A stretch of DNA of 64,000 bases, taken from positions 18,708 through 82,707 of the forward strand of contig CAITMK010000012.1 in assembly GCA_903893485.1 (NCBI GenBank), in the 5' to 3' direction. The notes beneath the pieces are model-generated. The model was not told where the DNA came from. It did no database searches and saw only the letters and a program-made list of their open reading frames with translations. Below, piece after piece: positions 26,528 to 36,583 of this stretch. Origin of the DNA: Candidatus Magasanikiibacteriota bacterium (GTDB taxonomy: Bacteria; Patescibacteriota; Patescibacteriia; Magasanikbacterales; 2-02-FULL-50-9b). Within the stretch, counting starts at the first letter, position 1; each line of letters opens with the position of its first letter. Both the position numbers and the translations under genes were made by a program.

Positions 26528-28817
26528 AGGATGTTATTGCGTAAGAAATATCATGATCAAAGGGAACTGAAATAAGCGCACCATTTTCTGCAAGTGTAGC
26601 ACGGGTGTCTGTAATGGCACCAACCTGCCAGTTGTCTGGCAAAATTACGCGCGAAGAAAATCGCGTGTTCTGCGTACCACTTTGGCGTTGTACGTAAAGT
26701 GAATAACTCGCAACCTGCGTTGAATCACCAAATGCGCCGGCGATTTTACTCATGAGATTTGGTGCCTGCGGTGTCATTTTGAATGGCAATTTATAAGTAA
26801 GCATTGCCTCTGCGCTTCCGCCAGGCTGTGTGATCATCCAATTACCAAATACCATGTGCCCAAACTCACGCGTGATGCGTGTGCCTGATTTTTCATCGGT
26901 GCCTACAAGTTGCTCAATGGTTTCCAAATCCGTATCTGGTTTTTCCCAGGTTGCAGCGCCTTGAAAAAGTGAATCATCGGGAAAGGTAAAACCGTCGGCA
27001 GAAACCAGCGTGCTATTGTCTGGCACGTAAAAGCGCAAATATGAAATATTAGGCGCATCTTCGAGTACGCGATCACTTTTAAGTTGGGTGCGTGACACAC
27101 GAACAGAAACTTCGATACTTCCATCGTCTGCAATTTTTGCTTGGTGATCGATGGTTTGAGAAATTACGGCATCAGTTTTTTGGCCGCCAATATTTGTGGT
27201 GATCATTTGCAAATAATCGCCATTTGGATTATCGCGTACCGCACCGTCCCATCCAAAAGAAGCGATTTGAACCTCAGTATCTGTATCCGAGGTATACAAT
27301 TGAATCTCACGGGTTTCTAGCGCCTTAAGTAACGTCGTAATGACTGGTAAAAAATGTTCAGCCTTGCCCGCTTTCAACGTGTTAATCAATGCCGGCGCCG
27401 CATCGGTGATAATTGATTTCGGTTTTGTATTATGATCGAGCGCCTTTTCAGTGATTGAATCTCGCAAGGTGCTGAGCGCGCTATTTGCATCAAGCGTTTG
27501 ATCGGATCCATCCACGTGAATCGGGCCAACCACTGCAAGTAATTCCGGCAACACCGTTGCGTTAATTGCAATCACACCATCAACACTTGGGCCTTGGGAT
27601 TTTTCCAAAAACCACATGAGTTTTTTAGCTGATGTTGGAAAATCAGGGAACCAATTACCATCTTGAAATTCCCAACGTGGATTTACTATATGAAGCGGCA
27701 GTGGCGCATAAATTTGATTTTTGAGCGAACCTTGCAAATCATATGAGCCACCTGGTGGAACTTCCATTTTGGTGATCTCGCCATTTTTGATATCGATAAG
27801 TGCAAATGAACCAATAAAACCGCCGGTTGGGCGCATTTCCGTTGGATTTTGGAACACGATTAAATAGCGACGTGGCTGCGTGGTGCCAAGCGTGGATAAA
27901 ATTACCGGGCCGGCAGATGCTAAATAAGTTGCATCGTTATCGAGTGCTAAAATTGCATCGCGTGCGGTTGAAACTAATTTTTGCTGTGAGTCGGGCAGCC
28001 CAGAAACATCGATTGGACGAACTAAATCAGCTGCTTGATCCAAATCAGAAACAACGGCGCGATTGCCATCAAAAAATAAATTTAAACGCTCAATGAGTGG
28101 CGCATCTGAACGTTCTTTGAGTGTGCGGAAAAGCTGCATGTATGACGCGGCTGCCAAAGAAACATGTTCGCCAGCGTTCACGAGGCGCGTGGCCACACCA
28201 AATTTTTCTCCGAGAACAGGAATGTGTTGCAGAACAAAATCTTCGGTGGAGTCGATGCCTGAAAGGGAAGTTTGGGCAGCGTGAAATTGACGGAGCGCAT
28301 CATCAATGACACTTGAAGCCTGGCTAAAATTTGATAAATCATGGGCGCTGGCAGCGGTCGAAGCTTTTAAATCCTCGACAGATGTTTCTGCCGCGCGCAG
28401 TTGTTCAAAGGTGGTGAGTGCTTTGAGCGGCGTAACTAAAACAAATGCAATGAGCACAAACATGGCGCTTGCACGATGCAATGATTTTACCGCATGCGTT
28501 TTTTTTGCTTTTGTTTTTTGCTTTTGTTTCTGTTTTGGCTCAGGAATTGGTGTTGGCGCGGCTGGTGCAAATGATGGATTTAATGCGGCGCGAACAATTG
28601 GCGCTGGTTTCGCATTTTCTTTGTGCAAACCTTTTAATAAATCCACCTCGACATGCGCGGCAGTATTTTTCTGTTGCGCGGGCACATGCTTTGGAGTATT
28701 TTGTGAAAAATCAAAAATATCATCGACTTCGGTTGGCCGAAGTGATGCAAAGTGCGGAGAAAATTCGTGCTCTCCGCGTGAAATGGGAATAAACTTTGGA
28801 GGCTTACTCGAGGCCAT
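26502..28817 (-). CDS. hypothetical large membrane-anchored protein (771 aa) with Pro/Ala/Lys-rich N-terminal low-complexity region
   Basis: TM segment AMFVLIAFVLVTPL after a basic low-complexity N-terminus. No catalytic motifs recognised. Confidence 0.5.
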   Translation of the reverse strand: MASSKPPKFIPISRGEHEFSPHFASLRPTEVDDIFDFSQNTPKHVPAQQKNTAAHVEVDLLKGLHKENAKPAPIVRAALNPSFAPAAPTPIPEPKQKQKQKTKAKKTHAVKSLHRASAMFVLIAFVLVTPLKALTTFEQLRAAETSVEDLKASTAASAHDLSNFSQASSVIDDALRQFHAAQTSLSGIDSTEDFVLQHIPVLGEKFGVATRLVNAGEHVSLAAASYMQLFRTLKERSDAPLIERLNLFFDGNRAVVSDLDQAADLVRPIDVSGLPDSQQKLVSTARDAILALDNDATYLASAGPVILSTLGTTQPRRYLIVFQNPTEMRPTGGFIGSFALIDIKNGEITKMEVPPGGSYDLQGSLKNQIYAPLPLHIVNPRWEFQDGNWFPDFPTSAKKLMWFLEKSQGPSVDGVIAINATVLPELLAVVGPIHVDGSDQTLDANSALSTLRDSITEKALDHNTKPKSIITDAAPALINTLKAGKAEHFLPVITTLLKALETREIQLYTSDTDTEVQIASFGWDGAVRDNPNGDYLQMITTNIGGQKTDAVISQTIDHQAKIADDGSIEVSVRVSRTQLKSDRVLEDAPNISYLRFYVPDNSTLVSADGFTFPDDSLFQGAATWEKPDTDLETIEQLVGTDEKSGTRITREFGHMVFGNWMITQPGGSAEAMLTYKLPFKMTPQAPNLMSKIAGAFGDSTQVASYSLYVQRQSGTQNTRFSSRVILPDNWQVGAITDTRATLAENGALISVPFDHDISYAITSYAKTNSQN

Positions 28818-28839
28818 GTAAATGAAAGCTTAACCTTCA

Positions 28840-29904
28840 TTAGTATAGCACCTTTTGCAGAAAATTTCGTGTGGATAGTGCGGCATTTTTCCATTGAAAT
28901 GTTGCAGCAAACTTTTTTCCAGCATCGCCAGGTTTTGGAAGCGTCAAAATACGTTTCATGGCAGCAAATAATTCTTCAGAATCGTCGGGTGAAACCCAGG
29001 TAACATTGTCTTTTAAAATTTCTGGCATGACCGAGGTGTGCGCAACAATTGCAGGTGTGCCATATGAAAGTGCTTCGAGCGGCGGAAAGCCAAAACCTTC
29101 GGCGCGCGATGGAAAAATAAGCGCTGCAGCCGCTGCATAATGTGCGCAAATAATTTCATCGGGTGCATCGAATACAATTTTGATTCGGCTGTCGGTGTTG
29201 CGTGCCGCAAGCTGCTCTGAAAATCGATCTTGATGTGTAAAAATGATAGTCTCCGTAGTAAATTCTGGGTGCGCGGCGTATGCGGCAAAAAGCAGCGTCT
29301 GATTTTTATGCGGATAGCTGTTGCCAACCATCATAAAAAAAGGCGCAGCTGGAGTTGACGCGTTTGATGGCAGCGGCGCCGAAACGCCAGGATAAATCGC
29401 AACCGTTTTTGATGCGGCCCAGGGAAAACGTTCGATCACACCCTTTTTTACAAATTCAGAAACCGTAATAATGCCTTTGGTACGCTGCACATTCCAGCCC
29501 AAAAGCATGCGCCAAATTCCCCATTTGATAAAAAAATTAATTTTATTCCAGCGGCCTGGTGAATATGTTGGAAATTCTTCAAAAATAAAATCGTGAATCG
29601 TAAAAACAAACGGCTGAAACAAAAAAAGCGGCACATTCCAATGAGGAATAAACCAAGTTTCAACACGCGTCATGCGATTCATGATGAGGCCAAGTTTGAT
29701 TTGCTCGGCAATGCCATACCAGGGAATGGCAACCTCGATATATTCAACGTTGCGCATGGTCGGTAGATTTGGCGTTTCAGGAAGCACTAAAACCGTAAAA
29801 TGATCCTGCGGACTTTGCCCCGCAAGATGTGTGATGAGTTCGCGCGTGTAGCGGCCAAGCCCGCCAGGCACACGCATAAAGCGTCCGTCGATTCCTAAAA
29901 ACAT
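28840..29904 (-). CDS. glycosyltransferase family 1 (GT4-like)
   Basis: EGFGFPPLEALSYGTPAI matches the GT1 E-x7-E motif region. Confidence 0.75.
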   Translation of the reverse strand: MFLGIDGRFMRVPGGLGRYTRELITHLAGQSPQDHFTVLVLPETPNLPTMRNVEYIEVAIPWYGIAEQIKLGLIMNRMTRVETWFIPHWNVPLFLFQPFVFTIHDFIFEEFPTYSPGRWNKINFFIKWGIWRMLLGWNVQRTKGIITVSEFVKKGVIERFPWAASKTVAIYPGVSAPLPSNASTPAAPFFMMVGNSYPHKNQTLLFAAYAAHPEFTTETIIFTHQDRFSEQLAARNTDSRIKIVFDAPDEIICAHYAAAAALIFPSRAEGFGFPPLEALSYGTPAIVAHTSVMPEILKDNVTWVSPDDSEELFAAMKRILTLPKPGDAGKKFAATFQWKNAALSTRNFLQKVLY

Positions 29905-29908
29905 ACTC

Positions 29909-30949
29909 TTATCCTACGGCTTCCAAGACTTTTTGTAAACTTGCTCGAGTTTTAGCTGCGGAAAATTCTGCCGCTCGGGCAAACGCGCGGGCGGAAAGTT
30001 CTGCATGAAGTTTGTCGTTTGTCGCGAGTGTTTCAATTCCCAGCGCAATTTCACGCGCATCATACGGATTCACCAAAAGCGCAGCCGCGCCCATGGTTTC
30101 TTTTGGCGCTGTGACATCGGCAATTAAACTTGGCGTGCCAACGGCGCCGGCTTCGAGCGGTGGCAAACCAAATCCTTCATAAAAAGATGGATACAAAAGC
30201 GCGCGCGCATTTTTTAACAGCCACCATTTTTCTTCGGGCGTGCAATAGGTAATTGATTGCGCATTTTTTGGCGCGCCATATCCACTGCGACCAACAAATA
30301 ATAATTCTTCACCGCAGTATGACGCAGACTTTTTAAAAATTTCAAACGCGCGCAAAATTCCTGCTGAATTTTTTCGCCACTCGCGCGTGCCAAGCGCTAA
30401 AAAATATGTAGTGTTTGGTGAAAAAGGCAACTGCGGCATTTTTTGTTCAATCGGCGCGGGTGTAAATGGCGGCGTAATAAAAATTTTGTGAGCCGGAATT
30501 TGCAATTCTTCTTGCAAGCGTTGCGCGGTAAAATCAGAAACCGCGCACAAAATATCTGCGCGTAATAAATTTTGTTTTGCACGTGCTGCCACATGCCACG
30601 CACGCACGCGCGGGGAATACCACCACGGCGAATCCAAAAAAGAAATGTCGTGCACAAGCTGAACAACTTTTGTATTCGACCTTGTATTTACAAAATGAAT
30701 GTTTGGCAAAAAAACGGTGTGAGCCTCATTTTTCGGCGCGCTTACTAGCGATTCGATGGTTGTGGCACGCGTGGTAAGCGCAAGATTCGTGAGCGAATTT
30801 GAGCGGCCAGCGCGCGGTTCCAAAAAAATAGTTTCAGGGCGGAGCTCTTTTATAATTTCCAAAAACTGACGTGCAACTTCCGTGACGCCGGTTGGTTGCG
30901 GCTCAAATAAACTGCGTGCGTCAGCGATCAGCATGTTCATGTGCGGCAA
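29909..30949 (-). CDS. glycosyltransferase family 1
   Basis: YEGFGLPPLEAGAVGTPSL motif. Start ambiguous (30949, 30940 or 30934). Confidence 0.7.
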   Translation of the reverse strand: MPHMNMLIADARSLFEPQPTGVTEVARQFLEIIKELRPETIFLEPRAGRSNSLTNLALTTRATTIESLVSAPKNEAHTVFLPNIHFVNTRSNTKVVQLVHDISFLDSPWWYSPRVRAWHVAARAKQNLLRADILCAVSDFTAQRLQEELQIPAHKIFITPPFTPAPIEQKMPQLPFSPNTTYFLALGTREWRKNSAGILRAFEIFKKSASYCGEELLFVGRSGYGAPKNAQSITYCTPEEKWWLLKNARALLYPSFYEGFGLPPLEAGAVGTPSLIADVTAPKETMGAAALLVNPYDAREIALGIETLATNDKLHAELSARAFARAAEFSAAKTRASLQKVLEAVG

Positions 30950-32012
30950 TTATTTCTGCAATTTTTTTAGCAAAAACTTCGTGACTAAATTGTGCTGCGT
31001 GGTTTTGAATTACGCTACTATTAAAATTGAATGTATCAAAGCGAAGCAGTGCATCGAGCACGCCTTCAACGCCTGGATAGCGCATAAAAATACCAGTTAC
31101 GCCATCGACAATCGTTTCAGTGGATCCGCCTTCTGGCAGCGCAATTACTGGGCGTCCCGCGGCCATGGCTTCAACTGCGGTCATACCAAAATCTTCAACT
31201 TGCGGTTGCATATATGCGCGGCAATTTGCATATAATTTTTTTTGTTCGTCTGCGGAAACGCGCCCTAAAAATTCAATAGTTGGCCCGGCAATTTTGCGTA
31301 AATTTTTTTCTGCAATTCCTTCACCAAAAATTTTGAGTGGTAATTGCAAACGGTTGCAAGCTTTAATAATCCAATCAAATTTTTTGTAAGCAACTAAGCG
31401 GCCACCCGCTAAAAAATAGTTTTCTGGTGTGCCCGCGCTAAATGCAGCAACATTAACGGGCGGATAAATAATCACACTGTCGCGGCGATAATATTTTTTA
31501 ATGCGCGCTTCAACTGTTTTTGAATTTGCGATAAAAAAATCCACGCGGTCTGCGGCCAACCGATCCCACAAACGCATGCGACCTAAAAATTTTTGCACCA
31601 ATAATTCCACGGCGCGGCCAAGTTTTAAATGGCCAACATATGAATGCGTGTCACTCCACAAATAACGCGTTGGCGTGTGGCAATAACAAATGTGCACCGT
31701 GTTTGGGCTCGTGATAATTCCTTTTGCAAATGCCGAAACCGAAGAAATTACTACATCAAATTCCGACAAATCATACTGCTCGGTTGCAAACGGCATGAGC
31801 GGCAAAAACCATTGGTAGTGTGATTTGATAAAAGGGAATCCAGCCAAAACGGATCCACGAATATCAGCGCCCGCAAACATATCACCAAATTTTTTTGGAT
31901 CGTAAAAAAGCGTATAGATTGGTGCGTCAGGATATAAATCATGTAGCACCTTGAGCACCTGTTCGGCGCCGCCATTTTGAGAGAGGTAGTCGTGGACGAG
32001 GGCGATTTTCAT
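30921..32012 (-). CDS. glycosyltransferase family 1
   Basis: MKIALVHDYL N-terminus and EDFGMTAVEAMAAGRPVIA motif. Confidence 0.75.
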   Translation of the reverse strand: MKIALVHDYLSQNGGAEQVLKVLHDLYPDAPIYTLFYDPKKFGDMFAGADIRGSVLAGFPFIKSHYQWFLPLMPFATEQYDLSEFDVVISSVSAFAKGIITSPNTVHICYCHTPTRYLWSDTHSYVGHLKLGRAVELLVQKFLGRMRLWDRLAADRVDFFIANSKTVEARIKKYYRRDSVIIYPPVNVAAFSAGTPENYFLAGGRLVAYKKFDWIIKACNRLQLPLKIFGEGIAEKNLRKIAGPTIEFLGRVSADEQKKLYANCRAYMQPQVEDFGMTAVEAMAAGRPVIALPEGGSTETIVDGVTGIFMRYPGVEGVLDALLRFDTFNFNSSVIQNHAAQFSHEVFAKKIAEIIAAHEHADR

Positions 32013-33436
32013 ACAACAGTTCGGCGACGAATAACCGCAAACGGCGTTTTAACTAAAATAAAAATATCCATCACCAGCGACCAATTTTCCAAGTAAAACA
32101 TGTCCAAGCGAATTTCATCTTCAAAAGTTAAATCGCTGCGACCGGAAATTTGTGCCAGACCTGTCATGCCTGGTTTTACGGCATGCACGCGGCGATCTTC
32201 GGGTGAATATTTTGCAACCTCGCGTGGCTGATGTGGGCGAGGCCCAACTAAACTCATGGTGCCGGTAAGTACGTTAAATAATTGTGGCAACTCATCGATG
32301 GACCAACGGCGGATCACCGCGCCAACTGGCGTCACGCGCGGGTCTGCCATGATTTTGTAAATCGGCCCTTCTTTGCTGTTTTGTTCCACGATTAATTTTT
32401 CTTCAACTTCAAGTGCAGCAGGGTTCGTTGCAGCGCCCCATTCGGTGCAATATTTTTGATACATCGAACGAAACTTTAATGTGCGAAATAGTTTTCCACG
32501 AAAACCAACGCGCGTGTTCTTGAAAAAAATTGGGCGGCCAGTTTCGCTGGCAACTGCAATAGCGCCGCCGATCAAAAACGGCGACGTGAGAATAATTAAA
32601 ATCAAACTTCCTAAAATATCAAACAAACGTTTTGAAACTTTCCCCCAACCATCCAGGCGCGCGCGGCGAAATTCAATGAGTGGAATTTCTTGGATGGCGG
32701 ATACACGCATGTTTGGCGCAAGTGTCGAAAATAAATCCGCCGAATATTTTAATGTAAAATGATTTTCTTCTGCGAACGCTAAAATCGTGAGTGTTTCTTC
32801 GCGACTTGCTTTTGGATTTGATAATAAAATTTCATCAACTTCATTGGCGCCATCGAGCGCTAAAATTTCTTCGCGCACCTTTTCGTTGAAAATAGGGTAG
32901 CGAGCAACAATGGTATAGCCCAAAGATTTTTGATGGTTCATGATTTCTGCCAAGCGATCCGTGATTGGGCCGGATCCCAAAATAACAATGCGGCGTGCGC
33001 CAACACCACGCGTGTAGCAATATAATTTAATTAAGCGCATGAACAAATGCACGGCAGTAACGTAAACCATGCCGACGATCCACGCAGCTAAAACAATAAA
33101 GCGCGAGTTAAAAAATTCACCGCGGAAAAAAATATAAACCGTAATTGCGGCAAGTCCAACGGTACATGCAAAAAAAATGCGAGAAATTTCGTTGGCAAAT
33201 TTGCGATTGGAATCCATGGTGTACAGGCCGTTGGTCGCAAGCACCAAAATCCACACCGGCACAACGGTAATGAGCACGCGCACAAAATCGTGGCTCGTCA
33301 TGGTGAACAAAACCGGGCGAATGCCCGTTGCCAAATGTGTAAAACGCAGCGCGTACGCCGTGATACCCGCCGCAAATAAAACCACAGCATCGAGAGGAAC
33401 TTGAATGGCGTTCAGCATGAGCTCAAATTTCTTCAT
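32009..33436 (-). CDS. undecaprenyl-phosphate sugar phosphotransferase (WbaP/bacterial sugar transferase family)
   Basis: N-terminal TM helices. C-terminal PGMTGLAQISGRSDLTFEDEIRLDMFYLENWS sugar-transferase signature. Promoter TTGACG-17-TACAAT at 33441-33470. Confidence 0.8.
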   Translation of the reverse strand: MKKFELMLNAIQVPLDAVVLFAAGITAYALRFTHLATGIRPVLFTMTSHDFVRVLITVVPVWILVLATNGLYTMDSNRKFANEISRIFFACTVGLAAITVYIFFRGEFFNSRFIVLAAWIVGMVYVTAVHLFMRLIKLYCYTRGVGARRIVILGSGPITDRLAEIMNHQKSLGYTIVARYPIFNEKVREEILALDGANEVDEILLSNPKASREETLTILAFAEENHFTLKYSADLFSTLAPNMRVSAIQEIPLIEFRRARLDGWGKVSKRLFDILGSLILIILTSPFLIGGAIAVASETGRPIFFKNTRVGFRGKLFRTLKFRSMYQKYCTEWGAATNPAALEVEEKLIVEQNSKEGPIYKIMADPRVTPVGAVIRRWSIDELPQLFNVLTGTMSLVGPRPHQPREVAKYSPEDRRVHAVKPGMTGLAQISGRSDLTFEDEIRLDMFYLENWSLVMDIFILVKTPFAVIRRRTVV

Positions 33437-33472
33437 AGGTTGAAGGAATTGTAGCTAAAATGCGGGGTTTCG

Positions 33473-33754
33473 TCAATTTTTTTGCGCCAATCTTACGATT
33501 TCTGGGATATCCTGTTCGGTAACGCCGCCAAGCCACAAATTTTCCGGCATGATGACCACGGTTGGACCAGTTGAACAGTGGTCAAGGCAGCCAGTTTTGG
33601 ACACGCGCACAGTTGGCGCAACGGCTTTTACCGCGGCTTTAATTTGCGCGTGCAGGTCCACGCCACCACGGGCGCCGCAACATTCGCGGCCGCCATCTTT
33701 AATATTCGTGCAGACTAAAATTAATTTGGTGAAATTTGCGGGAACGGTTTGCAT
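33473..33754 (-). CDS. thioredoxin-like [2Fe-2S] ferredoxin domain protein (93 aa)
   Basis: Cys pattern C-x9-CC ... C-x3-C in a ~90-aa protein. Confidence 0.45.
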   Translation of the reverse strand: MQTVPANFTKLILVCTNIKDGGRECCGARGGVDLHAQIKAAVKAVAPTVRVSKTGCLDHCSTGPTVVIMPENLWLGGVTEQDIPEIVRLAQKN

Positions 33755-33813
33755 ATCAAAATCAGGATTGATGAATTGTATTACAGTGTATTACAAAATG
33801 TTAGGACTGTATA

Positions 33814-34254
33814 CCACATTGACAAAACCCATTTTTTCTGGTGTAATGCGCGGGCTACGAAACCAGGACGAGTGCCCTACGGGGAGGAAAGTCCGGACAC
33901 CCTTTGCGGGGCAACCCGCATCGTCGTGGTGCTGGCTAACGGCCAGGCATTCTGCGGGGTATAAACGACGCGTCGCAAGACGCCCGCGAAAACCTTCTGA
34001 CGGAAAGTGCCACAGAGACAATTAAAGTTTTGACCTCGGTCAATTCCAAAGGTGAAAAGTGAGGTGGTGTACGGGCGCAAGCTCATGCTACACCTCTTTG
34101 CCCGGGCGCGAGTCCGTGGCAGTGGCAAACCCCACCTGGTGCAAGTGCGTATGCACGCATCGAGCGACGTAGTAATACGGCGCCAAGACAGATACTCGTC
34201 ACCGCGCGCCTCAAAACGCACGGGACAAAATCCGGCTTATATGGTTTTGTAGTG
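33814..34254 (+). ncRNA. rnpB: RNase P RNA (bacterial type A-like)
   Basis: Universally conserved P4 segments GGGAGGAAAGTCCGGAC (33883-33899) and ACAAAATCCGGCTTAT near the 3' end. 5'/3' termini can pair as P1 (ccacattgacaaaacccat / atggttttgtagtg). TGtATACC box upstream. Confidence 0.8.
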
Positions 34255-34282
34255 AAATCCGCCTTCGGGCGGATTTTGATTT
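34255..34282 (+). terminator. terminator after rnpB (aaatccgcc-ttcg-ggcggatttt)
   Basis: Perfect 8-bp stem with tetraloop and T-run. Confidence 0.75.
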
Positions 34283-34379
34283 TCCATAAAATAAAAAAAT
34301 CGCCGAGACGATTCCCGCGTGAGTCAAGCTCTCGCGAAAACCGTCCCGGACGATGGCGTGGTTGCACGCCTTGTGCGCG

Positions 34380-34832
34380 TCAGCGGTCGATGACTTGCTT
34401 CCAGCCCGGGTGCGAATTCGCCGCCGCGTCTTGGATGCTGTTGTCAGAGGCACTGTCGTGTGCCGGACCGTTGGTCTTGTTCACGATGATTTGCGGCGTA
34501 TCCGGCGGCGGGCCCTGGTTGGCCGTCAGCGCATGGTTGTTGCTCACGGGGTTGTTGACGGCGATGTGCACGCCGAGGTCGTCGCGCAGCAGCCGCGCCT
34601 TGTGGATGAACTGCGCTTCCGTCGCGCCGTCCGTGGTGATGCACGCCAGGCTTTCCGCCAGCTTCCCGCCGTGGTCCAGGTTGACCAACGCAATCGGGAT
34701 GTCGGCGACGACGCCAAGCTCCTTGTCCGAAGACGGCGGCGACTGGGCGAGCGGCGCGGCAATGGCCGTCATGGCGAGCAGGGCGCTCGTCGCGATGGTC
34801 ATCTGCAAGAAACGAATGAGCTTGTGGCCCAT
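34380..34832 (-). CDS. hypothetical secreted protein (150 aa), GC-rich cassette D
   Basis: GGAGGT Shine-Dalgarno 5 nt before the ATG. Signal peptide MGHKLIRFLQMTIATSALLAMTAIAAPLAQ. ~62% GC. Overlapping plus-strand ORFs look like GC-driven artefacts. Confidence 0.5.
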   Translation of the reverse strand: MGHKLIRFLQMTIATSALLAMTAIAAPLAQSPPSSDKELGVVADIPIALVNLDHGGKLAESLACITTDGATEAQFIHKARLLRDDLGVHIAVNNPVSNNHALTANQGPPPDTPQIIVNKTNGPAHDSASDNSIQDAAANSHPGWKQVIDR

Positions 34833-34970
34833 GGGTACCTCCAGGAAAGTTGTCACTGAGTACTCCTTAAACCGCAAAGGGCCGGGTTAAGGTTGCGGCA
34901 ACGCACCGCATGAAAGACAATATATCAGTCTGCGGGGTAGTCGTCAAGTATGTTATACTGTGGAATATTT

Positions 34971-35477
34971 ATGAAGGAGCTCTTTGACAAAAATAATCCA
35001 AGCACACTTGTGAGCGAAAATTTTTCGTGGGATGAATTCGAAGCCCGGCATGTTGATTCTGTTCGGCCGCCTGTAAAACTTTCAAAACACGAGCTTGCCG
35101 ATCTTGAAGCGCAATCCGAGAGCTTAGAAACTGAAGAAGCAAAATTAGTTGCTCAAATTAAGGATCCACATTTTGTGCAAAACATGGTGGAACGTGAAAT
35201 TGAATCAGCCACCAAAGAAATTGCAGTCGTGGTCGCTGAAATGGAAAAAATAAAAAAGCAGCAATCAATTTTAGGACGTTTATTAAAACGTGATTTGCCA
35301 CCAGAATATGAACGCCTCGAGGAACATTTTTTTCATTTGCAAAGTAAACTTATTTTGCTAGATGGCAAACGATTACACCCCGATGTGGTGCATGTGGGAA
35401 CCATGCGCGCACTTAAATCGGTACGCGAAAAAATCGCACGTATTGCGCTGCTCAAAAAAGAAATCGAACACTTTTAG
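34971..35477 (+). CDS. hypothetical coiled-coil protein (168 aa)
   Basis: TGtTATACTG box 10 nt upstream of the ATG, so likely leaderless. Confidence 0.5.
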   Translation: MKELFDKNNPSTLVSENFSWDEFEARHVDSVRPPVKLSKHELADLEAQSESLETEEAKLVAQIKDPHFVQNMVEREIESATKEIAVVVAEMEKIKKQQSILGRLLKRDLPPEYERLEEHFFHLQSKLILLDGKRLHPDVVHVGTMRALKSVREKIARIALLKKEIEHF

Positions 35478-36430
35478 ATAAGTCCCAATGCGCCGCGAAC
35501 CTCGGACATTGTTTTTTGTGCGCGAGCACTTGCAGCGGCGCGGCCCATTTCCAAAACTTCGGTAATGCGCGCGTCGGTAATTTCTTCGCGGCGAGCGCGA
35601 AAATCTGCAAAATAATTTGCAATCAAATCAGCGAGCGTATCTTTCAGATCTACATTTTTTAACGTGCCGGCTGCAAATTCTGCAGACAATTTTTGGTGCG
35701 TACCATTGGCATCAAAAAGTTGTGCGAGTCCTAACAAATTTTGTACGCCAACTTCGTCGGTCACGGCTTTGCGCATTTTATCGTGAATCGAATCTGAGTC
35801 GTCGGTCAAATAAATACATGATTTGTCGCCATGTGATTTTGACATTTTTTTTGTTGGTTCAGCGAGCGACATAACGCGTGGCGTTTGGGTGAGCAGCGCT
35901 TGTGGTTCGGGGAAGAGTACACTAAATTTATTGTTAAACTTTTTTGCAATCACGCGTGCAAGTTCCACATGCTGCACCTGATCTTCGCCAACAGGAATTT
36001 GATGTGGTTTGTATAATAAAATATCCGCGGCCATGAGCACTGGATATGTGTACAAGCCGGCGTTAATATTTTCTGCGTGGCGCGCTGCCTTATCTTTAAA
36101 TTGCGTCATTTTATCGAGCTCGGCCAGGGGAGTCAGCGTTAAGAAAATCCAACAAAGTTCGGAATGTTCTGGCACATGCGACTGCACAAATAAATTTGAT
36201 TTTGTAGGATCAATGCCAAGCGCCAAAAGATCGCGTACCAAATTGCGAACCATTTTTTGTTTTTGTGCCGGGTCAAAATCAACCGTAAGCGAATGCAAAT
36301 CTGGAATAAAATAAAAACGTTCAAGGCCTGGATCGGCTTGCATGTCCACCCAATTTTTAACCGCGCCCAAATAATTACCAATATGCATGCTGCCGGTTGG
36401 CTGGATTCCAGAAATGATGACGTTTTTCAT
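35474..36430 (-). CDS. trpS: tryptophan--tRNA ligase
   Basis: GIQPTGSMHIGNY HIGH motif and KMSKS motif. The ORF-track 620-aa reading is an upstream extension antisense to cassette E. Confidence 0.85.
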   Translation of the reverse strand: MKNVIISGIQPTGSMHIGNYLGAVKNWVDMQADPGLERFYFIPDLHSLTVDFDPAQKQKMVRNLVRDLLALGIDPTKSNLFVQSHVPEHSELCWIFLTLTPLAELDKMTQFKDKAARHAENINAGLYTYPVLMAADILLYKPHQIPVGEDQVQHVELARVIAKKFNNKFSVLFPEPQALLTQTPRVMSLAEPTKKMSKSHGDKSCIYLTDDSDSIHDKMRKAVTDEVGVQNLLGLAQLFDANGTHQKLSAEFAAGTLKNVDLKDTLADLIANYFADFRARREEITDARITEVLEMGRAAASARAQKTMSEVRGALGLI

Positions 36431-36461
36431 AGTAGGAGGATTATAGCGGATGCGGCGGATC

Positions 36462-36490
36462 TTGACAAAACCGCTAAAACATGGTATGCT
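36462..36490 (+). promoter_or_regulatory. strong sigma70-like promoter gatcTTGACAAAA-17-TGgTATGCT for cassette E
   Basis: Consensus -35, 17-nt spacer, extended -10, followed by a ~95-nt leader with a hairpin. Confidence 0.55.
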
Positions 36491-36583
36491 GCTCGGTCTA
36501 GTTGAAAAGGGCTTTCCTAGCGGAAAGATTAGGCTTGTGGCAGATAAGTATTTGCTGCAAAACCCTCGTGATCGGAGGACAAG

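Noticed and set aside
33549-34367. Several 66-158-aa ORFs on both strands (33549-34025, 33877-34221, 34052-34252, 34083-34367)
   Set aside because: They overlie the RNase P RNA gene (conserved GGAGGAAAGUCCGG and AAUCCGGCUUA motifs, P1 pairing); structured-RNA GC content produces spurious ORFs.
34252-34890. 212-aa and 168-aa plus-strand ORFs in cassette D
   Set aside because: R/S/C-rich compositional artefacts. The minus-strand frame has GGAGGT-5nt-ATG and a canonical signal peptide.
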